From a virus, in the IMG/VR virus record IMGVR_UViG_3300027763_000001, positions 30,462 through 94,461 of that record: a DNA stretch of 64,000 nt. One strand, 5' to 3'. The position numbers and the translations under genes were made by a program. Positions 1 through 8,000 of this stretch are shown here, piece by piece (within the stretch, counting starts at the first letter, position 1; each line of letters begins with the position of its first letter). The notes below the pieces were generated by a model. The model was not told the DNA's origin, did no database searches, and saw only the letters and a list, made by a program, of their open reading frames with translations.

Positions 1-296
1 CCACTGGTGGCGACGCCAACCGAGCGGTCCCGGCGCATGTCCGGGATTCGAAAACCGATCGAGTACAGCTGGGCGCCAATAGGGATCACCAAGCCGACCC
101 GATCGGGACGAGGCTTGTCGTCGGCCCTTAGATCGGGGCTGGGGATTGTAATCGGCCAGCTGTTGGCGCCAGTGGCGGTAATCAGGGCGTAGCCGAGAAC
201 CTGATAGAAGGCCCGGCCAGGCTCGGCAAGCACGGCCTGGTTTTGGTAGCCCGACAGGCGATTGACGTAGTTGCCCGGGTAGATGGTCTTGGCCAT
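1..296 (-). CDS. Virion structural protein downstream of MCP (possible head decoration protein), truncated by window edge
   Basis: Hand translation from ATG at 296: MAKTIYPGNYVNRLSGYQNQAVLAEPGRAFYQVLGYALITATG..., open to the edge; starts 45 bp after the MCP stop on the same strand. Absent from the ORF track. Function inferred from position only. Confidence 0.65.
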   Translation of the reverse strand, partial: MAKTIYPGNYVNRLSGYQNQAVLAEPGRAFYQVLGYALITATGANSWPITIPSPDLRADDKPRPDRVGLVIPIGAQLYSIGFRIPDMRRDRSVGVATS

Positions 297-341
297 GAGA
301 AGGATCGCCTACAAGTGGTGGATAAGGATTAGCGGGAGATC

Positions 342-1490
342 TCAGTAAACGAAGGAGTAGGCAACCGTCACGAAATCCTTGTTCAGAAGTTCAAACGCTC
401 CGAAGAGGCTCCACACCATGATGATGAAACGTCCGAAGTCGTCATCGTTGCTGAGCAGGATTTGGGCATCCTTGCCGCCGATGCCGACACCGACTGACTG
501 GGGCCCGAAGAACAAGATCGGAGCCGTAGGGGTCACAGCGTTGTTGATCGACGCACTGGTGATCGTCGCCGAGAGGCTCTTGGCTGCCAGGTTGGTCGAC
601 TCGAACCAGCGGACGCCTTCAAAAAGGAAGCCCGTGGGCGAGGTTTGCTGACCGTTGATCGAACCGGCTTGCCCGTAAGCGGGGCCCATGCCCAGGAAGT
701 TGTGGGCGTTGGGATGCAATGACGGATTCATTGGATCGATCACCCCATTGCCGGGGTAGCGAGCGACTTCCCGGAAATCCTTGTCCTGACGAAGGTGCAT
801 GCCCGCGGTTGGCGCGTAGATGGCCCTGTAATAGCCATCGTCGAAGCGGGGTACATTCCGCTCGCCCATGTCTTTGACTACAGGCAGCAAGTCGTTGACG
901 ACCGAGAATTTGCCGGTGTCGGTGCCGGTGCCGGCGTAGGTGAGGAACGGTGCGCTGGCAGCGCGAACCTTGGCGCCAGGGTAGTAGTAGCCACCCCTGG
1001 TGGAACCGGCCGGGCCATTGGACTCAGCCTTGAACAGTTCGTCGGAGAAGACGCGGTCCTTCCAGCGGCGGTAATCATCGAGCATGGTCATCGAACCGAT
1101 GCTCTGGTGGAACATATTGATGTTCCCGTAATCGAGCAGCAGTCGCTGACCGGTGAGCAAGGTCTCGCGGGCCACCTTGAAGGTCGAAGGCGCAGCGGGG
1201 TCGTTCGGATCGGCGGGGCCGGTGTACTCCTCGAGGCTCACCAGCACTTTGTCCTTGACGATGTTCCGGGAGGAAGCCGTGCCAAGGGTCTGGTCAGCGG
1301 TGCGCTTGCGGCTGTCCTTGGTGCCGGGGTTCCCCCAGAACCGGTAGCGGTCCAACTGCACGGTCTGACCGGGAGATTTACCCCAATCCCAAACGACCAG
1401 GGGAGCCGACACCATTTCCACCACATAGCTCGGGTGAGGCCGGTGGAGTTCAACCCCAAGCAATTTTGGAAAATCGTTGTCGATCCACAT
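342..1490 (-). CDS. Major capsid protein (HK97-fold, putative)
   Basis: 382 aa. N-terminal PGQTVQLDRYRF E-loop-like segment, GFLFEGVRWFEST and C-terminal DDFGRFIIMVWSLFGAFELL are typical of N4-gp56-like capsid proteins; has its own upstream motif. Confidence 0.75.
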   Translation of the reverse strand: MWIDNDFPKLLGVELHRPHPSYVVEMVSAPLVVWDWGKSPGQTVQLDRYRFWGNPGTKDSRKRTADQTLGTASSRNIVKDKVLVSLEEYTGPADPNDPAAPSTFKVARETLLTGQRLLLDYGNINMFHQSIGSMTMLDDYRRWKDRVFSDELFKAESNGPAGSTRGGYYYPGAKVRAASAPFLTYAGTGTDTGKFSVVNDLLPVVKDMGERNVPRFDDGYYRAIYAPTAGMHLRQDKDFREVARYPGNGVIDPMNPSLHPNAHNFLGMGPAYGQAGSINGQQTSPTGFLFEGVRWFESTNLAAKSLSATITSASINNAVTPTAPILFFGPQSVGVGIGGKDAQILLSNDDDFGRFIIMVWSLFGAFELLNKDFVTVAYSFVY

Positions 1491-1519
1491 GGCGTAGCGT
1501 CTCCCGTGTCGCGTGATCT

Positions 1520-1535
1520 GTCTTAATCTAAGACT
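1520..1535. promoter_or_regulatory. Inverted repeat GTCTTA-ATC-TAAGAC; candidate late promoter between divergent genes
   Basis: Lies in the 65-bp gap between MCP (-) and the first LAGLIDADG-like gene (+); contains the TCTAAGAC core also found at 32920 and 41962. Confidence 0.55.
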
Positions 1536-1555
1536 GGTGAATCGGGAAAACTTGC

Positions 1556-2248
1556 ATGACGCCAGACCAGGCTCGCGGCCTGTCTTCTGTCCTTGTCTCC
1601 AGCGGCAGCTTCTACCTGTTGCGCCGCCCCACGGTCAGTTACATCGAGATCGTCTGGTCTGGCTCCCAGCGCCAGGCCGCCTACTTCCACGAAAAAGTTG
1701 CTGAAATTCAGCACTTTTTCCCGACAGCCGCCCAGGTTTCTCCGGGGACTGCTCAATCGCCAGGACTGCGCTTCAAAATCACCAGCGATCGTCTTCGGCC
1801 CCTCTACAACCTCTTTGTACCCCGCGGCAGCCGCCGGATCTCCTCAGCCTGCCTGGAGCTCTGCGGTGCCCGAGCGATTGCCTGGCTATTCAGCGATCAC
1901 GGCCGTCGCACCCCTCGCGGCTTCGAACTTGCCTCCGTGGCCCGCCACGCGGAAGAGGCTGTCCTGCTGGCTCAGTGGATCAAGACCATTCTGGGCGTCG
2001 ACTGCCGGGCCCGTCTGCGCGGCCGGCGCCTTGCCCTGCTCTTGGACTCGGCCAATGCCGCCAAGGCTGCTGAGCAGTTGCTTGATTACAGCCCCGCCTC
2101 GCGCCGCCACCTTTTCCTCCAGCTCCTCAATGACCGCGATCCCGTTTGCGACCCGCGTGATCTGCTACTGCTTGGGAACCAAGGGGCAGCTAGACCTGCG
2201 CGGCAAACGCTCGCGCCCCTGGCTCAAACTCCGCCGCTCAGAGCTTGA
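1556..2248 (+). CDS. Degenerate LAGLIDADG endonuclease-like protein 1
   Basis: GLSSVLVSSGSF aligns to motif 1 and ARAIAWLFSDHG to motif 2 (LAxWxMDDG); LRPLYNLFVPRGSRRI is also typical of the LAGLIDADG_2 family. Canonical acidic residues are altered. Confidence 0.6.
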   Translation: MTPDQARGLSSVLVSSGSFYLLRRPTVSYIEIVWSGSQRQAAYFHEKVAEIQHFFPTAAQVSPGTAQSPGLRFKITSDRLRPLYNLFVPRGSRRISSACLELCGARAIAWLFSDHGRRTPRGFELASVARHAEEAVLLAQWIKTILGVDCRARLRGRRLALLLDSANAAKAAEQLLDYSPASRRHLFLQLLNDRDPVCDPRDLLLLGNQGAARPARQTLAPLAQTPPLRA

Positions 2249-2750
2249 GCAGACCTACCTGGACCACCAGGTGAGGATGCTTAGGCGCCTTCATCCCCAG
2301 CCGGGCAGCTTCAAGGTGCACTGGAATCGGCTCGGCGCCGATTCGGTCTACGACGACCTGGTTGCCGAGTTTACCTGCCCTGAACTCTGGGGCGCTTACG
2401 ATCTCCTCTACCCCCGCGACCGCCGTCGCATCACCAGCGAGGCCCTGGTCGCTGTCGGGCTGCCGGGGCTGGCTGCTGCCTGGCTTGACGAGGGAGAACG
2501 CAATCCGCAAAGCGCCAAGCTGCGCCTGTTCGGCCCTGGGCCTAGCGACGTTGAGATCCTCGGCTGGATCGAGAGTCTTGGGGTCCCGGGCCGCATCGCG
2601 CCAGGGCCGCGCCTGCAAATGTCCCTGGCTTTTGATCAGTGGCAGGCTGACACTCTCGTGCGCCAAATTCGTCCTCTTGTGCACCGCAGCATGGCCTATC
2701 GCTTGAGGCCCGCAGCCCCGGGCGCTCGTGCCCTTTACGCTGGCCTTTGA
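2130..2750 (+). CDS. Degenerate LAGLIDADG endonuclease-like protein 2
   Basis: Probable ATG at 2130 within track ORF 1593..2750; motifs VICYCLGTKG, YDLLYPRDRRRIT and GLAAAWLDEG; TGATG coupling to the next gene. Confidence 0.6.
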   Translation: MTAIPFATRVICYCLGTKGQLDLRGKRSRPWLKLRRSELEQTYLDHQVRMLRRLHPQPGSFKVHWNRLGADSVYDDLVAEFTCPELWGAYDLLYPRDRRRITSEALVAVGLPGLAAAWLDEGERNPQSAKLRLFGPGPSDVEILGWIESLGVPGRIAPGPRLQMSLAFDQWQADTLVRQIRPLVHRSMAYRLRPAAPGARALYAGL

Positions 2751-4996
2751 TGCCGACGCAGTTCTCAATGGCAGGCCAGGGAGGGGGCAGGCCCTGGCGG
2801 GACCTGGGGCCGCTGACCACTCAGTCCAGCGTCCAGCGCGGGACGATCGGCGAGAGCAGCGGCGCTGCCACCTTGCTGCTGGCCTTTCAGCTGCCGCGCC
2901 CGGCGACCGTTTTTGTGCGGCTCCTGCCGATCTCGCCATTTACTGATCGTTTTATCGGCGCAGCGTTGCAAGACGCAAGCGGCCACGGGATTGCCCTGGC
3001 GGACGACGGCCGGGCGGTTTTCGTCAATGCGCTCAATACTCCGGCCGACGAGGCCCGCAGGCGCCTTCCTGCCGGCGACTATCGCGTTGTCATTAGCACC
3101 AGTCAGTGGCAAGAGGCCCCCTTTGCTCTCCAGCTGGACTCTTTCGCTCTGGAGAGCCCGCGCCTAGCAGCGGCAGGGCAGGGGCGACTGCGCGGCAGGC
3201 TGTCTACCGCAAGACCAGAGGTCTTTCTCCGCGCTCGCGGTGGACTGAGGGCTTCCCTGCAGCCTGTCGACTCTCTGCTCTGGCGAGGCACAGGCGCCGC
3301 CGGCCTGCGGGCTGGCCTGCAAGTGCTCCCCAGCTACGAGCAGCCGCCGCCGGCGGGGTTGGGCCATGTTTGGTTCATCCGTCAAACGGGCCCAAGCGGA
3401 CGCCTGCGCCTGGGAGGTGCAAGCGGGGTGAATTGGGTCACCCTTGAATTGAGTGACACTCTGCCGGGGTACATCGCTTCCGAGCTGGCCCTGCCTGACT
3501 TCCGCTTCAATGCCGGGCGTCGCACGATCTTCTCGGACCGCGCCTACGACATTTACGGAGCTTACCCAGAACTCGGCGTCGCCCCGTCCGCGCTCCGCGC
3601 CCAGGTCTCCCCAGACGCCCCAGGGGTGCCTTATTTGGATCTCACCAACGGCCGCCATCGCCGCGAGGTCTTGGTCGCCTTGCCTCTCGACGCAAGCCGC
3701 TGCTTGGTGCTGCATCTCGAGGAAACTTTGGCATGGAACAACGACGTCGTCCTTGACGTTGACGACGCACTGCCTGCCTCTCCCCGGCTGATCGTGAGCA
3801 ATCGACGCCGTTCCTGGTTTCACCGCCGGCGAGTCAACACCTTCGTCACCGACGGCCTGGCGCTGCGGCGGCTGCAGAACCCTCCGTCCGCCCTGCTGCT
3901 ACAGCTCGATACGGTCCTGCCGCCCCTAGATCAGCAACTGGTGGAGCGCGCGGTCCGGGTGCCTGGGCCCTCGTTTCGCCTGCCGCCTTTGCGGATCCTC
4001 TTCCCCGTCTTTGTCGCCGAAGCTCGTCCACCGGCGGCGGCCGACCTCGTCTTCGGGGCCGACCCCAGCGAACGCGCCGCGGGACTGCTTCTCAGTTACG
4101 GCATGACCCGCCTGCTGGCCGCTGACACCTTGATGAGTTCGATGGCGATCTACCGGACCCTGGAGGATTTTTCGGCCATTGCCGCCAAGGCGGACTATGA
4201 CCCCAAGGCCACTGGCTTCGTGATCGCCAACATTCCGGACCGCCCTGACGGGCTGCCGATTCTCAGCCCCTGGCTGAGGGATGGTGGCTATCGCGTCACA
4301 GGAACTGCCACCGGGTCTTACCAGGCCTCTGGCGATCAGCTATTGCGCTACGGACGCTGGAATGGCCCCTTGCCTGCGAGAGCTGACACGGAAGTCAGCG
4401 CAGCCGACCCTCGCTGGTCGCTGGCGGCCCAGGGCCTGGCCCTGAGTGCTGAGCGGTTGTTCCGCAGTGAAGCGCCTTCAGTGCTGCTGTCTTATGACTG
4501 GGGCGATGGTGCCTACTGCCGCCTGAAGCTCCAAGGGTTGGGCTTCAGTGATGAGGATCTTTCGGTCGCCCCACCTGAACGACCGCAAAGTGGCACCCTC
4601 AACGGCGGGCGTCCGCGCCCCCTGGCCGGACGGGGCGGGTTAGCGCTGGGGGTGCTCATTGCCCAGCAGACCCGCCGGTTGCGCGTCGTTCAATACGGCC
4701 GAGGGCAACTCATGAGCGATTTGGCTTGGGGCCCTCGCGGCCGACTCAAAGCTCGGGGCCAGCTGAGGGCAACTCTCACTGTTGCTCCCGATCTCACGAT
4801 CGTGCAGCGGCTCCTGCGCGGCTTCCTTGCTGGCGCGGGCGGCCTTGATCGCAGCCAGCTCAACCGACCCCCGACTCGACTGACCGGCCGAGGGTCCCTT
4901 GGCCGCCCCTGGCTCAGTTCCAAGCCGCCAAACGAGTTTCCGCTGGCCAGAGCCACCGGCCAAGGGCGGTTGATCGCGACCCTGAGCGCCACTTGA
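2750..4996 (+). CDS. Putative tail/virion protein with N-terminal beta-sandwich domain and GxGxL repeats
   Basis: 748 aa. N-terminal ~120 aa is paralogous to the N-terminus of the 1800-aa protein (PAGDYRVVISTSQWQEAPF vs PPGKYTVVVSCSQWQSTPF). Confidence 0.55.
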   Translation: MPTQFSMAGQGGGRPWRDLGPLTTQSSVQRGTIGESSGAATLLLAFQLPRPATVFVRLLPISPFTDRFIGAALQDASGHGIALADDGRAVFVNALNTPADEARRRLPAGDYRVVISTSQWQEAPFALQLDSFALESPRLAAAGQGRLRGRLSTARPEVFLRARGGLRASLQPVDSLLWRGTGAAGLRAGLQVLPSYEQPPPAGLGHVWFIRQTGPSGRLRLGGASGVNWVTLELSDTLPGYIASELALPDFRFNAGRRTIFSDRAYDIYGAYPELGVAPSALRAQVSPDAPGVPYLDLTNGRHRREVLVALPLDASRCLVLHLEETLAWNNDVVLDVDDALPASPRLIVSNRRRSWFHRRRVNTFVTDGLALRRLQNPPSALLLQLDTVLPPLDQQLVERAVRVPGPSFRLPPLRILFPVFVAEARPPAAADLVFGADPSERAAGLLLSYGMTRLLAADTLMSSMAIYRTLEDFSAIAAKADYDPKATGFVIANIPDRPDGLPILSPWLRDGGYRVTGTATGSYQASGDQLLRYGRWNGPLPARADTEVSAADPRWSLAAQGLALSAERLFRSEAPSVLLSYDWGDGAYCRLKLQGLGFSDEDLSVAPPERPQSGTLNGGRPRPLAGRGGLALGVLIAQQTRRLRVVQYGRGQLMSDLAWGPRGRLKARGQLRATLTVAPDLTIVQRLLRGFLAGAGGLDRSQLNRPPTRLTGRGSLGRPWLSSKPPNEFPLARATGQGRLIATLSAT

Positions 4997-5017
4997 CGCG
5001 GGGCGCATGTTGCAGCA

Positions 5018-5028
5018 CTGCCAGAATG
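5018..5028 (+). promoter_or_regulatory. CTGCCAGAATG motif, candidate late promoter
   Basis: Identical 11-mer at 15709-15719; both intergenic and 22-28 nt upstream of structural gene starts. Confidence 0.45.
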
Positions 5029-5056
5029 GCCTGACCACCAGGGCGTTTCGGGGAGC

Positions 5057-8000
5057 ATGACGAATTGGTCGCAGGATGGCGCCCCATCGTTCAATCGACC
5101 TGAGCTGGTTCGCTTCGATTCGCTGCGCGACAGCAAGGACCTCGGGGCGATCACCGACATCAAGGCCCACCTGTCCGGCTTTATCGGCGCCGAAGCTGGC
5201 TCTCAAAGCCTGTTTTTCTCTTTCCAGCTACTTGTACCTGGTGCCATCCAGGTCCAGACCGTCACAGGCAGTAAGTGGACCGCTCGCTTTGTCTCCGCCT
5301 CCCTGCGCTCGGAGTCCGGCAGTATCGGCTTGGACGATCGCGGCAACGCCCGTGGTGTCGACATTGTCAACAGCATCGACGCTGACGAGGCGCTGGCTCC
5401 TTTTCCGCCCGGGAAATACACCGTGGTGGTTTCCTGCTCCCAGTGGCAGTCAACGCCTTTCGAGTTGGTTCTGCGAGTCAACCCGACCACCAGACTGCAT
5501 GCCGACATTGCTGGCCGCGGCGGGCTTGGGCAGTACACCCGCTTGCGCGTGGCTGTTGCCCGCCTTAGCGGCGCGCTCACCGGCCTCGGCCAACTCCGGG
5601 CGCCAGGCTCGGGCTTGTTCTCGGGCCGCCGCGATCGCCCTCTCGTCGGCGGCTTTCTCGCCGGCAGGGGCGCGCTAACTGGCAAGCTTTCAGTGCGCGA
5701 GCCTCTGCGCGGCCTGTCTGGCGCTTTTCTTGCCGGCCGCGGCGGCCTTGGGGCTTCGACAGTGGTTTCAAACAACCTGGGCCCCAGGATGTGGGCCTCC
5801 AGGCTTGTTACCCCAACAGAGGCGACAGACAGCGCTAGCTACGCCAGTGTGGCCTTGAGCGAGGCCGATTACAGCCTTCACGCTTTTTACTATCTCCCGC
5901 CTGGATCTCCCAGCAGCCAGCGACGGCTCGCGGTAACTTACCGCGCCCCTAACGGACAGGTGCTATGGAGCCGTCTTACTGATATTTATTGCTTAACTAA
6001 TGATACGCAGGGCTGGAAAGTGCTCGCCTTGACCGGTGGCGACTTCCTCCTGTTCAGTCAAAGCCAGGCGGCCTTTAACGGTTTGCTTGTAATTCGCATC
6101 GGACGAGACGGAGTAGTTGCTTGGAAGCGGCAATTTGGATCTCGCATCAATCCTGTGGTTGGTAGCAACAACAGCAGCGAGATCGATGAAATCAGTGACG
6201 CAGTCTTGCAGCCTTCGTTGAATCGGGTCATATTCGCCGTTGTCATGGGTATCGGCTTAGGCGGGATCACTCCTGGCTATATCACACTTGATCTTAATAC
6301 TGGGGCTGCCGTTTCGGCTCGCGCACTAAGGGGCGGCACTATGCAAATCGACAGCGATGGCGTTACTCTTAACGCCCCCTTGATCAAGACGGACGGCCGA
6401 TTTATACTAACTGGCAGCAAAAGAGGCCAGCCAGCCTACACATGGACCGTGGAATGCGATGGCAACCTTACCGGCGTCAACACGTTTTACAAATACACTG
6501 ACGGCACTAGCCTTGTTTTCGACGGCAGCGCAGTGCTGCATGGCGACGGCTCGCTCACGATCGCGGGAGGCAGCGCAATAAGAAGCTTTGAAGACGGTGG
6601 CGGTAGGGCCGATACCGGCTTTCCTTTGCTGCAGCTCGCCCCAGACTTGACAATTCGTCGGCGCGTCACCAGCGCTGCTGGAAACGGTGACTTCACCCGA
6701 GGGGCGCTAATAGCTACTGACGCCCTAGGCGCCCTGCACTACGGCAACGAAGATGGCATTTATTCGCGGGACTACGAGGGCGACCTTACTTATCGCTATA
6801 CAACTTTCGCTGGACTACCGGGGCAGATTAATCAGATCTCTGCCACCAAGCCTGGGCCTTGGTTTAATGTTGCCAGCCAGTGGGGCATCCTGGCCACGTC
6901 TACTGCTTCCAGTCAACCAGCACTGGGGACGGTAGTGGTGGGTTTTGAGATCGACATGGCGCCTACGACTGTAGCCAATGGACTGAATTACAGTATTACT
7001 ATCGGCACTTCTGAGGATGTCCCGCAAGCCCGCCAGGTTGTGCCGGCCGTAGTTGCTCTTGATCTTGACGAAAACGACGGCGACATCGTGCCGATTGCGT
7101 TTGTCTCTTTAGCAGTCGTCCTCAACACAAGTACGCCTGCCTGGAACCCAGCCTTTGCCGATGCCAGTTCGATTCTCGCCTGGGAACTAACATCCAGCAC
7201 GATTCGCCGTGGAACTTCTAGCGGATTTCCTCAGCTGGCAATTAAGCTCGACCCTGCGATAGAGCCAGACCCTTTGGCTCAGTTCGTCGTTTTTCATCTG
7301 CCAGGTACTGGCATTCCTGACACGAACTTCTTTGTTGATTACTCTCAATTTGCTCATCAGCCGGTTCCGCTTGGCAACGTCAAATACTCGACTGAACAGG
7401 CCCTTTACCCAGACCTTGGTGGCTTTTTTGAGCGCACTTCTATTCGCTTTGACGGCACCGAAGACGCAATCGCCTACGCGCCATCGCCGGCTTTTCGTTT
7501 TGGTAAGGAAAATTTTACAATTGAGGCTAAAATTTTTCGGCTAAACAGCAACCCTTGTGTCTTGTTTAGCAACAGCCAGGTCGGAGATCCAGGGGCCCAT
7601 AGCAATAGCTTTTACCTGGCCCTCGGCGCTGATGGGATCCTTGAGATCTTTTCGATAGGACGCGGCCGGCTTTCCCCCGTCTTCTCTGCATCCCCGAGGC
7701 GCACTGTGCCGTACGGCGTTTGGTCTCATGTTGCCCTAACAAGAGAGGATCAAATATGGCGCGTTCACATCAATGGCCAGGCTGACGCAGCGGCCTGGCG
7801 TTACGACCTGGACCTAAGCGCTGGCGCCCTGCTGATTGGCAGAGGGACTCAGATCCCTACGAATGGTTTTTTTGGCCTTGGCCCTCAGGGCGCCGACTAC
7901 TTTCCCTTCACCGGCTTCATGGTCGACATTCGGATCACCAAGGGAGCCGCTCGCTACCACCGCAACTTCAGGCCCCGCGCTGCTCCGATTCAATACCTTC

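Noticed and set aside
1593-2129. N-terminal extension of track ORF 1593..2750
   Set aside because: Low-complexity Ser/Pro/Ala shadow of the 1556 gene; the LAGLIDADG-like sequence begins at ATG 2130.
4993-5027. TTGACG ... CAGAAT as a sigma70 promoter
   Set aside because: The spacer is 23 nt, too long for a canonical -35/-10 pair.
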